From an uncultured Verrucomicrobiae bacterium (GTDB lineage: Bacteria > Verrucomicrobiota > Verrucomicrobiia > Chthoniobacterales > Chthoniobacteraceae): a stretch of DNA of 64,000 nucleotides. Within the stretch, counting starts at the first letter, position 1. Each line of letters opens with the position of its first letter. The stretch is taken from assembly GCA_963836755.1 (NCBI GenBank), contig CAWIKF010000002.1, forward strand, positions 416,001 to 480,000, written 5' to 3'. Positions 50,450 through 62,200 of this stretch are shown here, in pieces. The position numbers were made by a program, and so were the translations under genes. The notes under the pieces are model-generated. The model was given only the letters and a program-made list of their open reading frames with translations, made no database searches and was not told the DNA's origin.

Positions 50450-52215
50450 TGTTGGAACCATCTTTGTTTCATGTAGTTGACGATCATGATCGAGCCAGGA
50501 GGAGTGTTGGTTTGAAAGTCTGTGTCAAAGAACCATTCGCGCAGCGGCGGCGAATAGACATTTGACTTTCCCCAAATCCCAGTCGCCTGCTGGCTTTGAT
50601 AAAGCTCCACCATGGATCCGTAGTAAGTCAGTGACTTGTTCGTCCAGTCCTCGAGAAACCGCGGGTAGTTCTCGGCGCCGCCGCTATAGTTGCCGTTTGC
50701 GCTGGGGACGATTCCGGCGATGATTGCCGTGTTCACTGTCGTATTGCTCGCGATGCGCGAGCTCAAGCTAGAGAATGAATTTGCGTCAACCCATGCGTTG
50801 GAGAGAACCGACACTGCGTCGGCGACGATGGAAGAAGGTTGTTTGGTATAACCTGTGCCTGTCGGTTGAGTATAAGTTCCGAGGTTAGAAGGCGGAAGTG
50901 CGCCAGTGTTGTAATCTCCCTGGATGTAGACTGGATTATCGCTGGCAAAAGTAAGGCCGTTGACAGGCAGTGCGCTTCCATTTTTCAAACGAACGCCGCG
51001 TTTGGGACTTCCACCAGTCTGGCCGGCGCTGGTGTCGGAAATGTAGACTATTTGGTTAAAATTTTTGTTGGCCAGTGGACCGGTTGTCAATGCTGTCGTG
51101 ATTTGCGATACATCTACGTTGACGAGACGCACGGTTGCACCTTCGCGATTGTCCTGAATGGAAGAATTAGTCGTGATGGCGTTGCTAAAGGTTGTGTAGA
51201 TGGCCTTGTCCAGCGGATTGCCGTTTCCAGTGAGAACGGTCCCGTTTTGATTCATGATCGTGACATTGTTACTGGCGTCGATGAGGATCTTTGCGCCAGC
51301 CTGATCATAATACCTTTGTGCGGCGATCGGGTCGGAATAGCCGGGATCCGGCCGCTCCACCAATTCGTGGTAACCGTCGTCATTGTCACTCGCATCGGTG
51401 GTGCTAAAGACTCGCGACGAATCCATGCCGAAAGGTTGGTGTGCTATCTCCAAAGCTGGCGGAAGATTTGTAGGATAGTTCGGAGCCACAGGTGTTTCGC
51501 TGTGGGTGCTGTCACCTGGAGCGAATCCTACCGTCCAGCTGTTCGCGTAGGTTGCTTTGTCAGCGAAAGTCAGAGTGTCATGGCCAGTGTAGAGATCGGA
51601 ATTTGTGTGGACCCATCCAGTGACGGTAAATAAAGGACTGGGATGGATTTCCAGCGGATCGACGTAGAAGATCGCCCAGTTCCACGGAGATAACTGTTGC
51701 TTTTGAAAAATACGCCGGACCTTCACGGAGACAGTTGATGATATGTCCGGCAGAGTCACATCAGCCGAGCCCATGTAGAAATAGCTTGTAGCAGTCGCGT
51801 TCATCCCAGTGGCGGCGGGAGGTGCAGCTCCGTTCCCAATCGTCTTCAACTGCGGGTCGAGTGCTACTATTTTGTAACTGGCGATGGTATGGGTGCTATT
51901 CGAAGTATTTGCAGCAGCACTCGCGGTGAAGTTCGGGATGTATGGGAACTGCGAACTGGTCGGCAGTGGAATGGAGGTAAAGGCAGACGTCGGCCGTTGT
52001 GACGAGGGCGTAGCGCGGCAAATTTCACGCCAATAGGCGAACTGTTCATCAAGTGCGCCATTGGCGATGGCAATGGCTGCTTGCATGTTATTCGTCCGCT
52101 TAACATTCTTACCGACACTCATGGTCAGGTCCATCGCGACACCCGTAAAGACCGCGAGAATTGTCAGGACCGTCAATACCAGAAGAATAGAAGCGCCGGA
52201 CTCGTTTTTTTTCAT
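50446..52215 (-). CDS. Large PilX-like minor pilin/tip protein
   Basis: MKKNESG|ASILLVL prepilin-like N-terminus lacking Glu5; VHTNSDLY, NPVYIQGDYN, GGAENYPRFLEDW. Confidence 0.75.
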   Translation of the reverse strand: MKKNESGASILLVLTVLTILAVFTGVAMDLTMSVGKNVKRTNNMQAAIAIANGALDEQFAYWREICRATPSSQRPTSAFTSIPLPTSSQFPYIPNFTASAAANTSNSTHTIASYKIVALDPQLKTIGNGAAPPAATGMNATATSYFYMGSADVTLPDISSTVSVKVRRIFQKQQLSPWNWAIFYVDPLEIHPSPLFTVTGWVHTNSDLYTGHDTLTFADKATYANSWTVGFAPGDSTHSETPVAPNYPTNLPPALEIAHQPFGMDSSRVFSTTDASDNDDGYHELVERPDPGYSDPIAAQRYYDQAGAKILIDASNNVTIMNQNGTVLTGNGNPLDKAIYTTFSNAITTNSSIQDNREGATVRLVNVDVSQITTALTTGPLANKNFNQIVYISDTSAGQTGGSPKRGVRLKNGSALPVNGLTFASDNPVYIQGDYNTGALPPSNLGTYTQPTGTGYTKQPSSIVADAVSVLSNAWVDANSFSSLSSRIASNTTVNTAIIAGIVPSANGNYSGGAENYPRFLEDWTNKSLTYYGSMVELYQSQQATGIWGKSNVYSPPLREWFFDTDFQTNTPPGSIMIVNYMKQRWFQQ

Positions 52216-52216
52216 T

Positions 52217-53029
52217 TCACTGATAGGTGGTAAGCTTCGCAAATGGAGAGATCTGCCCCTGCAAGGTAATTGCGCTGGTTTTGTAGTTGCGGTTGCTATA
52301 CTCGGGGTCAGCCGCAGAAAGATTGAAGGCGACCGCAAAGCGAAAGTAAGAAGCGTTGACTGGGCTATTAGGAATGGAGAAGGGCGTCGTAGAAGTGATG
52401 TCGTTGCCCATCACGGAGTAGTTACTCGTTGTCGCTCCTGAGTAGTAGGTTAGCTGCCCGTTAGCGGCGACGTAGGAGACCCGCTTGGTGAAGAAGCAGA
52501 TGATGTTGTAGTTGGTTGGACCTTGCGAAGTTGTGACCGGAACGGGAAGGTTACTCGCGAGAGTCAGCGTCGCCGTCTTTGCGGCAACACTTACACTTGC
52601 GATGCTGATCTCAATCTGATGAGTAGGGATGATGAGGATTTCGCCCGCTGTCGGCAGAGGGGTAGCGCTGTTTAAAGTGACAATGATGACGTTCTGGTTC
52701 GCGGCCGCGCTGGCGCCGATTTTGCATTGGCCGAGGTCCGAGTCGAAGACCTGGAAGGAAACGCCTGCGCTCGGACCTTGTCCGGAAACAACGGTGCGCG
52801 TAGCGTCGACGAGTTGCGGCAGCGAAACAGCGTTGTGCAAATCTTGCTCTAGTTGCAGGAGTGCACTCCTTGCCTGCTGGTGCGCGACGTTCACCGCGGT
52901 GTTTTTTGATGAGAGAATGAAGCCGCTATTCAACACGAGGAAGATGACGAGGCCCGTCAACGTGATCGCTCCTGTGGCGATCGACATTTCCACCAAAGTA
53001 AATGCGGCATTCCGCGGACAGCGTTTCAT
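52217..53029 (-). CDS. Prepilin-type (PilW/PulJ-like) protein
   Basis: A|FTLVEM N-methylation motif plus hydrophobic helix. Confidence 0.8.
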   Translation of the reverse strand: MKRCPRNAAFTLVEMSIATGAITLTGLVIFLVLNSGFILSSKNTAVNVAHQQARSALLQLEQDLHNAVSLPQLVDATRTVVSGQGPSAGVSFQVFDSDLGQCKIGASAAANQNVIIVTLNSATPLPTAGEILIIPTHQIEISIASVSVAAKTATLTLASNLPVPVTTSQGPTNYNIICFFTKRVSYVAANGQLTYYSGATTSNYSVMGNDITSTTPFSIPNSPVNASYFRFAVAFNLSAADPEYSNRNYKTSAITLQGQISPFAKLTTYQ

Positions 53030-53511
53030 ATGTCTGAGCAGCGGACGGTGGATAGCGTGACGCTGTAGTTCCGCTTTCCGTAGGTGTAGGCCACCGTCAC
53101 GGTGGCGCGATACATTGGGAGCGTCACGCTGTTCAGCGTCGGACTGATGTCGGCGACTTCCGTGGTCAATGTTCCAGTAATGACTGTGCCGGAAGGGTCT
53201 TGATAAATGGTGACCGTGGACGGCGCGCTCGTGCCGACTTGAAGCTCCGGCGGGATTTGGTTTTTCTGCGGATTAAATGGGCTGTCGACCAAGATCAGTT
53301 CGATCTGATTCTGCGCGGCGGTGGATGCACCGGTGGAAAGGCGCGCGAGGTTTGCGTTGCGATTCATCGTCGTCAAAGCCCACAGCGCCGACGAGGCCGC
53401 GACGCCGATCATCGCTGCGGCGATCATCACCTCCAGCAACGTCACCGCGGCGCGCGCGGCGCGTCGTGACGTCTGGAACTTTCCAGCAAAAATCGAGGAG
53501 TTAAGGCGCAT
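53026..53511 (-). CDS. Prepilin-type (PilV/PulI-like) protein
   Basis: A|VTLLEVMIA, C-terminal YRATVTVAY. Confidence 0.8.
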   Translation of the reverse strand: MRLNSSIFAGKFQTSRRAARAAVTLLEVMIAAAMIGVAASSALWALTTMNRNANLARLSTGASTAAQNQIELILVDSPFNPQKNQIPPELQVGTSAPSTVTIYQDPSGTVITGTLTTEVADISPTLNSVTLPMYRATVTVAYTYGKRNYSVTLSTVRCSDI

Positions 53512-53618
53512 CTTGCTCCGTCAAAGGAAGCAGTAGCTGTGCCAAAACCGGCGCTGCGACTGATTTGAGAAATCGTTTAGTTGTTGCCGTCTCGCAGGAA
53601 ATCAGGCAAAGCACCCAC

Positions 53619-53897
53619 ATGCCTAAAACCGAAAAACCCGCCCGCAAAATGAACTCCGCACTCATGAAACCAGTTCAGCCCGACGACACGCTCGCTGCCG
53701 TCGTTGGCTCGAAGCCGATTCCCCGCACCGAACTGACGAAAAAACTTTGGGACTACATCAAGAAAAATAAGCTTCAAGACACGAAGAAAAAAACCCTGAT
53801 CAACGCCGACGACGCGCTCAAGGCCGTCTTCAACGGCAAGACGCAAGTCAGCATGTTTGAAATGACGAAGCTGGTTTCCGATCACATCAAAAAGTAG
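53619..53897 (+). CDS. Stand-alone SWIB/MDM2 domain protein
   Basis: LAAVVG..PIPRTELTKKLWDYIKKNKLQD...INADDAL..VF...VSMFEMTKLVS. Confidence 0.93.
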   Translation: MPKTEKPARKMNSALMKPVQPDDTLAAVVGSKPIPRTELTKKLWDYIKKNKLQDTKKKTLINADDALKAVFNGKTQVSMFEMTKLVSDHIKK

Positions 53898-53910
53898 CGT
53901 AACGCGCTTT

Positions 53911-53956
53911 CTCTCCGGCCGCCGCCGATGAATCGACAGTGGCGACGGCCGGAGAG
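53911..53956. other. GC-rich stem-loop downstream of the SWIB gene
   Basis: CTCTCCGGCCGCCGCC / GGCGACGGCCGGAGAG, 16-bp stem with one mismatch, 14-nt loop, no U-tract on +. Confidence 0.7.
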
Positions 53957-54077
53957 CTGATCGGAAAAACGAGAGCAAAATTTCCACCGCACGCTGAGCA
54001 CCGCTGCGTCGCGCCGCGGTCCATTCATTCGCAAAACTTCTTTTGCCAGAACCTCCCAGAAGACTAAGTTTGAAACT

Positions 54078-55070
54078 ATGAGCACAGCCACTGCCGAACC
54101 AAAGACTGCCGGAAAAACCAGCCAGCTCGATCAACTCAAGCAATTCACGAAAGTCGTCGCCGACACGGGGGACTTCGAGACGATGCGCGAGTTTCATCCG
54201 CAGGATGCGACGACGAATCCGAGCCTCATTTTGCAGGCATCGCAGAAAGAGGATTACGGGTGGCTGCTCGACAAAGCGATCGCAGACAACAAAGAGACGC
54301 GTTTCGTCGGCGCGGAAAAAGTGGACGCGATCATCGATGACCTCCTCGTCAACTTTGGTCTCGAAATTCTGAAGATCGTGCCGGGCCGCGTCTCGACCGA
54401 AGTCGATGCGCGCCTCTCGTTCGACAAGGAAGGCACGAAGCGCAAGGCGCATCACCTTATTGATCTCTACGAAAAAAACAAAATCCCGCGGGAGCGCATC
54501 CTGATCAAAATCGCCGCGACTTGGGAAGGCATTCGCGCCGCCGAGCTTCTGCAAAAAGAAGGCATCAACTGCAACCTCACGCTTCTTTTCACGCTCCCGC
54601 AAGCCGTCGCATGCGCCGATGCGCGCGTGAAGCTGATCTCGCCTTTCGTCGGCCGCATTTACGATTGGTATAAAGCGTTCAACAAGCGCGATTACACCGG
54701 CGCCGAAGATCCCGGCGTGCAGTCGGTGACGACGATTTTCAACTATTACAAAAAATTCGGCTACGAAACCGAAGTGATGGGCGCGAGCTTCCGCAACGTC
54801 AGCCAAATCACCGAACTGGCGGGCTGCGACTTGCTCACGATCAGCCCAGACCTGCTCGCAAAACTTGCGGAATCCTCCGAGCCGCTGACGAAAAAACTCG
54901 ACGCGGAAGGCGCGAAAAATTCTGACGCCGAGCGTCTGCCGCTTGATGAAAAAGCGTTTCGCTGGCTGTTCAACGAAGACGCGATGGGCACGGAAAAAAC
55001 CGCCGAGGGAATTCGTAAATTCTCAGCGGATATCGTGAAACTCGAGAAGTTCATTGCCGCAAAACTGTAA
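54078..55070 (+). CDS. tal: Transaldolase
   Basis: [33 protein letters not shown]. Confidence 0.96.
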   Translation: MSTATAEPKTAGKTSQLDQLKQFTKVVADTGDFETMREFHPQDATTNPSLILQASQKEDYGWLLDKAIADNKETRFVGAEKVDAIIDDLLVNFGLEILKIVPGRVSTEVDARLSFDKEGTKRKAHHLIDLYEKNKIPRERILIKIAATWEGIRAAELLQKEGINCNLTLLFTLPQAVACADARVKLISPFVGRIYDWYKAFNKRDYTGAEDPGVQSVTTIFNYYKKFGYETEVMGASFRNVSQITELAGCDLLTISPDLLAKLAESSEPLTKKLDAEGAKNSDAERLPLDEKAFRWLFNEDAMGTEKTAEGIRKFSADIVKLEKFIAAKL

Positions 55071-55091
55071 ACTTTTACTCGCGCAAAGTTC

Positions 55092-55128
55092 AAAAAGCTG
55101 AGGTGCAAACGCGCCTCAGCTTTTTTTT
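55092..55128. terminator. Bidirectional Rho-independent terminator
   Basis: AAAAAGCTGAGGTGC-AAAC-GCGCCTCAGCTTTTTTTT between convergent genes. Confidence 0.88.
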
Positions 55129-55148
55129 CGCCAAGGGCCGCAAGACTT

Positions 55149-56540
55149 TTACTCCATCCGCGCGCGCACGAATTTTCCGGGATTCAAAATTCCTGCGGGA
55201 TCGAGCGTCTGCTTGAGCGCGGAATGCACATTGCGACTCACCGCTGATGTCGCCTGTTTCCACCACGGTTTTTTTGCGAGCCCAATCCCGTGCTCGCCCG
55301 TAATGACGCCGCCCCACGCCAGCACTTGCGTGAAAAGTTCGTCCAGCGCGCGCTCAACTTTTTCTCGCACCGCGCGGTCATCGTGATAATGCGCAGCCAT
55401 GACGTTGACGTGAATATTTCCGTCGCCCGCATGACCGAAACAGGCGACCGGATAGCCGTATTTTCTTCGCAGCCGGCTCGCGAATTCGGTGAGGTCAACC
55501 AGCCGGCCGCGCGGCACGACGATGTCTTCATTCAATTTCGTGAGCCCGGTCGACTTCAACGACTCTGAAAATTTTCGCCGCAATTCCCACAACTCTTCGC
55601 ATTCCGTTTCACCTACCGCGGTTCGCAATTGATGCGCACCGAGCTTTTTCAGCAGCGAAGCGAGAGATTTTGTTTCCGATGCGACTGATGCCGGTTGGCC
55701 GTCAAGCTCGACCAGCAAATGGCCTTCGCCGGACGGCACGAGAGACTTGCCTAAAAATTCGCGCGCGGATTTCAGCGTAAACGCATCCGCGATTTCCAGC
55801 GCAGCGGGTAAAAATCCTGCATGCAAAATTTCCTGCACGGCATTGGCCGCTTCGAGGAAAGTCGTAAAACCCGCCGAAAGCGATGCGCGCGCCGGCGGAA
55901 GCGGCAGAAGCCGCAGCGTTGCTTCGGTGACGACGCCGAGCAAACCCTCGGAGCCGACGAACATTCCGATGAGGTCAAACCCGGTTTTGTTTTTGTGAGT
56001 GCGGGCACCGGTGCGCAGCACGCGACCGTCCGCGAGCACGACCTCGAGGCCGAGCACGTAGTTTCGCGTCACGCCATATTTCAGGCAGCGCGGCCCGCCG
56101 GCGTTGGTAGCAATGTTTCCGCCGAGGCTGCATTCCTTCAGGCTCGCCGGATCGGGCGGATAAAACAGCTGTTTTGCTCGCGCTTTCGCTTGTAAAACTC
56201 CCGTGATTACCCCAGGCTGCACCACGGCCACTCCATCCGCGGCATTGATTTCTTTGATCCGCGTCATTCGCGCGAGCGAAAGCGCGATGCCTCCCTCCGA
56301 TGGAACGCAGCCGCCCACGTAGCCGACGCCGGCACCGCGCGGCGTCACCGGCACGCGGTGTCGGCTGGCAAATTTCATCAGCCGGCTCACTTGCTCGGTT
56401 GACTGCGCAAAGACGACGACGCCCGGCGGATGGGACGCGAACCAACGATCGCTGCTGTGTTCGGCGAGAATTTCCGCCTCGTCGCTGACGGCTTCCGCGC
56501 CGAGCAGGCGCGAGAGTTGCGCTCGCAATGACGACGCCAC
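55149..56540 (-). CDS. FAD-linked oxidase (GlcD/D-lactate dehydrogenase family)
   Basis: PRGAG, YPPDPAS, GGNIATNAGG, GSEGLLG, HAGDGNIH, GEHGIG, NPGK. Confidence 0.92.
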   Translation of the reverse strand: MASSLRAQLSRLLGAEAVSDEAEILAEHSSDRWFASHPPGVVVFAQSTEQVSRLMKFASRHRVPVTPRGAGVGYVGGCVPSEGGIALSLARMTRIKEINAADGVAVVQPGVITGVLQAKARAKQLFYPPDPASLKECSLGGNIATNAGGPRCLKYGVTRNYVLGLEVVLADGRVLRTGARTHKNKTGFDLIGMFVGSEGLLGVVTEATLRLLPLPPARASLSAGFTTFLEAANAVQEILHAGFLPAALEIADAFTLKSAREFLGKSLVPSGEGHLLVELDGQPASVASETKSLASLLKKLGAHQLRTAVGETECEELWELRRKFSESLKSTGLTKLNEDIVVPRGRLVDLTEFASRLRRKYGYPVACFGHAGDGNIHVNVMAAHYHDDRAVREKVERALDELFTQVLAWGGVITGEHGIGLAKKPWWKQATSAVSRNVHSALKQTLDPAGILNPGKFVRARME

Positions 56541-56543
56541 GTG

Positions 56544-57254
56544 TCAGTGACCGGTGAAAAAGTGTTTCACGCTGTTGCCGAAATTGCCGAACGCATGGCC
56601 GACGCCAGAGTGACGGGTTTCGGAGTTTGACGGGCGTTCGTCGGAAATGGGAGACGCTACCGGCACGGCTTTCGCAACCTGCGGATCGGGATCAACATCA
56701 AACTTTTCCGGCTTCTTTGCGACCGCCGTTTCGGGCGAGACGGCGAATCCGTCATGTGCGATCACGTTTCCTTTGCCAGCGGTGACTGAAAGCTCACCGA
56801 CGCCTTGGTTGTTTTCGTTGAAGCAACTCACTTTCCATATCGGCACCGCATCCTGGCCCTCTTTTTTCAATTCGTAATTCATCTTCGAGATCGATTTATC
56901 ATTCGCGCGCGCATATTCCCTCGCGAGGCGCGCGAGCCGGTCGGAATCGACTTTGACCCCAGCGCCGCCGATCACGTCCTCCGGTTTCAGCGTGTCCGCG
57001 AACTGTGAGATCGTGCGCGAGGCGACCACTTCATTATTGGCGACGACAAATTCGCGCAGCCCGTTTCGCTCGTCCGGATCCTGGACGATCAAATACCAGC
57101 GCTCGGGATTCGGCGTGCCGTCGCGCGCCTCGATCCGCGCGAGCCGCGCGGCCTTTTCCTTCGGAATAATTTTCAGCGCCTCAAGCGCCGTCGGTTCCGC
57201 CGCGTGCAGCGACGCCATCGCGGCCGGCAGGCAAAGCGCAATCAGTAAACGCAT
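56544..57254 (-). CDS. Secreted hypothetical protein, possibly with PepSY-like domains
   Basis: Signal peptide MRLLIALCLPAAMASLHA; PIWKV...V.A..GNVI pattern. Confidence 0.65.
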   Translation of the reverse strand: MRLLIALCLPAAMASLHAAEPTALEALKIIPKEKAARLARIEARDGTPNPERWYLIVQDPDERNGLREFVVANNEVVASRTISQFADTLKPEDVIGGAGVKVDSDRLARLAREYARANDKSISKMNYELKKEGQDAVPIWKVSCFNENNQGVGELSVTAGKGNVIAHDGFAVSPETAVAKKPEKFDVDPDPQVAKAVPVASPISDERPSNSETRHSGVGHAFGNFGNSVKHFFTGH

Positions 57255-57356
57255 GGCGTAAACTAAGACGTTTCGAAAAAATGAAAAGCCGGGTTTTCCC
57301 TGCGCACGCGTGGGAAAAACCTCGACCCATCGGCTGCGCGAGCCAAACTTTCGCCC

Positions 57357-58547
57357 ATGATCATCAAGCCCAAAGTCCGCGGTTTCGTATGCGTCACCGC
57401 CCATCCCGCCGGCTGCGCCGCGCATGTGCAGGAGCAGATCGATTTCGTGCGCCAAAAAGGGACGCTCAGCGACATGCCGAAGCGGGTGCTCGTGATCGGC
57501 GCATCCACCGGCTACGGGCTTGCGTCGCGCATCGTCGCAGCTTTTGGCGGCGACGCCGCGACGCTCGGCATTTTCTTTGAGCGCCCGTCGGAAAATGGAA
57601 AACCTGCGTCGGCTGGTTGGTATAATTCCGCGGCATTTGAGAAAGCCGCGCACGCCGCGGGGTTGTATGCGAAGAGCATCAACGGCGACGCTTTTTCCGA
57701 CGAAATCAAGCGTGAGGCGATCGAGAAAATCAAAACTGATCTCGGCCAGGTCGACTGCGTCGTCTACAGTCTCGCCTCGCCGCGCCGCACGCATCCAAAA
57801 ACCGGAGTGACCGCAAAGTCAGCACTGAAGCCGATCGGCGCGCCATTCACTGCAAAAACGGTCGATACGGATAAAGGTGCCGTCACGGAAATTTCCATCG
57901 AGCCCGCGACCGAACAGGACATTACCGACACAGTCGCGGTGATGGGCGGCGAGGATTGGGAAATGTGGATTGACGCGCTCGAGAATGCGGGCGTGCTCGC
58001 CGAGGGCGCGACGACGATCGCCTATTCCTACATCGGGCCGCAACTGACTTGGGCGATTTATCGCAATGGCACCATTGGCCGCGCGAAAGCCGATCTGGAG
58101 GCGACCGCGCATCGGCTCGCGAAAAAACTCGCGTTGAAAAACGGCCGCGCCTTCGTCTCGATCAACAAGGCGCTGGTCACGCAAGCTAGCTCGGCCATTC
58201 CCGTCGTGCCACTCTACATTTCGCTGTTATACAAAGTGATGAAAGAGCGCGGATTGCACGAAGGCTGCATCGAGCAGATCCAGCGCCTTTTTGCGGAGCG
58301 GCTCTACCACGGCACTCTGCCGCAGCCCGATGCCGAGGGTCGCATTCGCATGGACGATCTCGAAATGCGTCCCGACGTGCAGCAGGCTGTGGCGGAGCTT
58401 TGGCCTCAAGTCACTACGGAAAACCTCGCCGAACTTTCAGACATCGAAGGTTATCGCGCGGAGTTTCTAAAGCTCTTCGGCTTCAGACTGCCCGGCATCG
58501 ATTACGAAAAAGAAGTCGATCCCGCGGTCCCGCTCCGGAATCAGTGA
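57357..58547 (+). CDS. fabV: Enoyl-ACP / trans-2-enoyl-CoA reductase FabV
   Basis: [44 protein letters not shown]. Confidence 0.95.
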   Translation: MIIKPKVRGFVCVTAHPAGCAAHVQEQIDFVRQKGTLSDMPKRVLVIGASTGYGLASRIVAAFGGDAATLGIFFERPSENGKPASAGWYNSAAFEKAAHAAGLYAKSINGDAFSDEIKREAIEKIKTDLGQVDCVVYSLASPRRTHPKTGVTAKSALKPIGAPFTAKTVDTDKGAVTEISIEPATEQDITDTVAVMGGEDWEMWIDALENAGVLAEGATTIAYSYIGPQLTWAIYRNGTIGRAKADLEATAHRLAKKLALKNGRAFVSINKALVTQASSAIPVVPLYISLLYKVMKERGLHEGCIEQIQRLFAERLYHGTLPQPDAEGRIRMDDLEMRPDVQQAVAELWPQVTTENLAELSDIEGYRAEFLKLFGFRLPGIDYEKEVDPAVPLRNQ

Positions 58548-58579
58548 CGCGCGCTGCGTCGCGATTGCGCGGGAGAAAA

Positions 58580-59248
58580 TCACAACCCGGCTGTTCGCGG
58601 CAGGGTGCAGCCTTTGATTTTGAACGCGCTCGGGCAGAGTTTTTGCACTTCACATCCGGCGCAGTCGGGCGCGCGCGCGGTGCAGCGGCGCCGGCCGTGC
58701 CAGATGAGCCAATGGCTGAAAATCGTCCAGCGCTCGCGCGGGATGAGCTTCATCAAATCCTCTTCGATTTTTTCCGGCGTCGTCTGCCGTGTGAGCCCGA
58801 GGCGCTGCGAAAGGCGCGCGACATGCGTGTCTACGACCACGCCTTCACTTTTCCCAAATGCATTTCCCAGGACGACGTTCGCGGTTTTGCGCCCGACGCC
58901 CGCGAGCGCCGTCAGCGCCTCCATTGTCTGCGGAACTTTGCCGCCATGCATCGTCTCGATGTCGGCGGCAGCAGCGCGGATTGATTTGGCTTTGTTGCGA
59001 AAAAATCCAGTCGACTGAATTTGCTTTTCCAGCGTCTCCTGCGGCACCTTCGCGAATGCGCCAGCCGTTCGGTATTGTTTAAATAACTGCGGGGTGACCA
59101 AATTCACGCGCTTGTCAGTGCACTGCGCGGAGAGAATCGTGGCGACGAGCAACTCGAGCGGAGTCGAAAAATCGAGCTCGCAATGTGCCTCGGGATAAAC
59201 TCGCTGGAACGCCGCGATCAAATCGGCGGCACGTTCCCCGCGCGTCAT
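58580..59248 (-). CDS. nth: Endonuclease III
   Basis: LSAQCTD, HhH GVGRKTANVV, VDTHV, C-x6-C-x2-C-x5-C. Confidence 0.96.
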   Translation of the reverse strand: MTRGERAADLIAAFQRVYPEAHCELDFSTPLELLVATILSAQCTDKRVNLVTPQLFKQYRTAGAFAKVPQETLEKQIQSTGFFRNKAKSIRAAAADIETMHGGKVPQTMEALTALAGVGRKTANVVLGNAFGKSEGVVVDTHVARLSQRLGLTRQTTPEKIEEDLMKLIPRERWTIFSHWLIWHGRRRCTARAPDCAGCEVQKLCPSAFKIKGCTLPRTAGL

Positions 59249-62200
59249 GTGCCCTGGCCGAGTTGGCTGAGCCGGTCCTTCGCCTTCGAGGCGAGCGGCG
59301 AGTTCGGATATTTCGCGACGAGATCTTTATAGGCCCTGATTGCCTTCGCCATTTGACCGGGCTTCGTCGGCTTGTCTTTCTCCGAAGAACTTTCCGGAAG
59401 CGTGGCCGCCTGCGCCTCGAGCAGTTGTCCGCCGCGCCAGAGACCCTCGGCCGCGGCGGGAGCGACGGCTTCGTAAAAGACAGCGATCTTCAAGTAATAA
59501 TCGATCGCCGCATCGAACGCGTTTTTCTTTTCCTGGATTTGCGCGCCGAGCAGCATCGAATTCGCGCGCAATTCTGCCGTCGCCGTCGGCGCGCGGATGA
59601 TCTGCACGAGCAGGTTCATCGCCTCGTCGAGCTTGTTTTGCTGCACGATCGATTGCGCGATGCCAAAGTTCGCCTCGAGGATTTTCGGTGACCAAGGATA
59701 GAGCTTTTTCAGCTCGTCAAATTTTTTTCCGGCCTCCGCGATTTTGCCCTCTTTTTGCAAAGCTTTCCCGATGCCGTAAAGCGCGGTCGCCTGCGCCTCG
59801 GCGATTTGCGGCGGCGCCTTATCAGGGCTGACGCCGGCCGGGTTTGGGAAGTCCGTCGCGAGTTTTTGATAGATGGCCATCGCCTCGGGCGCCTTGCCAT
59901 TTTCGAGCAGCGCGCTGCCGTAAAGATCGAGATCCGCTGGCGCGTAAACGAGCTTCGGATTATACGCGGCTTGCATTTGCACGAGCGCTTTCGCCTTGTC
60001 CTGCTCATAAGTAAACGCGGCGAGCGCGAACAAAATTTTGCTCTTCGTTGCGGGCTTCGATGCAAACTTTTCCGCGAGCTGCTGGAAATATTGATCGACC
60101 TGCGCCGCCGTTCTTTGCTTTGCCTGTAGCAGCATTTTTTGGTCGTTGAGCAGCGTCTGCAATCCGAGCGCGACTTGCTCGGAATCCGGATACTGCTCGA
60201 TCAATTTCTCCGCCGATTCCATGCTGGCCGCGATCCCTTTGTTCCAATCACTCCGTTGCTTTTCGTTTAACGCAATGTAGCGGCCGATGCTATCGGCGCC
60301 GCGGCGCGAAAGCTCCGCAGCCTGATAGAGCGCGGCCGGCGCCTGCGGATTTTTCGGATGCTTTTCAGCCATCTCGAGATAAGTCGCGATGGCATCTGAG
60401 GTCTTTTGCGCGTTCACGAGATTTTGCGCGATGGAATCGTAAGCGAAATAGATTTTGTCGCTGTCCGGATAATTCGTGATGAACGCACGCAATTCATCGA
60501 GCATCTCCTTCACCTTTTGCTGGCCGGCAAAAATCGTCGCGCGCGCGAAATAGGCGTAGGGCGCCGCTTCGCTTTTCGGAAACTTTGTCTCCAGATCCTT
60601 GTAGGTCTGCATCGCGCCGGCTTTGTCATTCGCCTGCGTCTGCGCCTGGCCGAGCGTGTAGATCGCGGTCGGAATCTGCGCGGCGTCGGGAAAACTTTTG
60701 ATGTAACGCTGCAGCTCCGGGACGGCCGCTTTCGCGTCGCCTTTAGTGAGAAGCATTTGGCCGACCCAGAACGCGGCCTGCTCGCCTTGCGGAGTTGCCG
60801 GATATTTGTCGCGAATATTTTTGAAGGCAGCGATCGCGGCGTCGGTTTTATTTTGGTCGCGGTAAATCGTCGCGAGGCCGAATTCCGCGCCGGCCGCCTG
60901 TTCCTTTGATGGATTGGTCGCGAGGAATTTTTTGAAAAGATTCGTCGCCTCGTCATAGCGCTTTAATTGGATCAGCGCGGACGCTTCCTGGCTCATCGAC
61001 TCATTGAAAAGATGCCCCTTTGGATAATTCTTCAGCGATTCGTCGAAATACTGAATCGCCTTCGCCGGGTTGTTGATTTTCGGGTCGTTGACCAAAAACA
61101 TGGATCCCAGCGCGTAGGGGAGATTTTCCGCCATCGGATCATTTTTGTAGGCCTTCTGAAACTCGTCGAAGCCGGTGATTCCCTTTTGCGCGAGCTCTTC
61201 ACGCGTCGCCGGCGCAAGCGGCGGCGTGTCGATCGTGACCTGCGAGATGTAGCTCATCGTCACGAAATAAAGGATTTCCTTTTTCTGCTCCTCGCTCGTC
61301 GCGAACTGCACGTAATGCTGCAGCAGCACGCGTGCGGCGTCGAATTTTTGCAGCGTGAAAAAGACCATGCCGACCTTGATCTGCGCGGCGACGGCCTTGC
61401 CTTCCGCGCCCTCCACGACCGGCAGCTTCGCCTGCTCGTGTTCCTGCAAACGCTGCAGCCGCTTGATTTCGCGCACATTTCTCGCCGCGGCCGCCGCGCG
61501 GATGCGCTGGAGCATGCCGGCGATTCGCTGCTCCTGCATTTTTACCATTATCTCCTTCGGCTCCACGGAACGATATGCATTGATCGCCGCAGTGAACAAC
61601 GCGTCGCGCTGCGCCGGTTCGGCAAACTCCGCGCGCGCAAAGAGGATTTCGCCGATCTGAAATTGAGCGTCGTTCGCGAGCACCGGATCGGTGCGGCGTT
61701 GGACAATGTCTTGCAAAAATTTCACCGACTCGTCGAATTCTCCATTCGCTTTCTGCCGCGTCTGCGCCGAAACCGATGGCCCGCGCACTTCCTGATTCGC
61801 CTCAGCCGCCAGCGTCAGCGCCAGCAGATACTGGCTTTCGAGAATTGATTCGCTCGCGGTGAATTTCTGCAAATTCGCACGCAGATTTTTTGCCGCCTCG
61901 TCATATTTGCCCATCTGGAAAAGCGCGAGCGCGCGTCCGTAGATCGCCGATTCCGCCTGGTCACTCGTCGGAAATTTTTGCAAGAAAACATCGAATTGCT
62001 TGATCGCATCCTCGTAAGCGGCCGTGCGCTTGGGATCATCCGGCGGCAGCTTCGAGGCCTTCCCGGTATACACCTGCGGCAAAAGGTTGTAGGCAAGTTC
62101 CTGAATTTCCGGCGGCGCGGGCGGCGCAAGGATTTTCTGCAGAGCCGCGATGCTCGCGTCGTAATTTCCGAGCAGATAATTCAGGTAGCCGATTCGAAAT

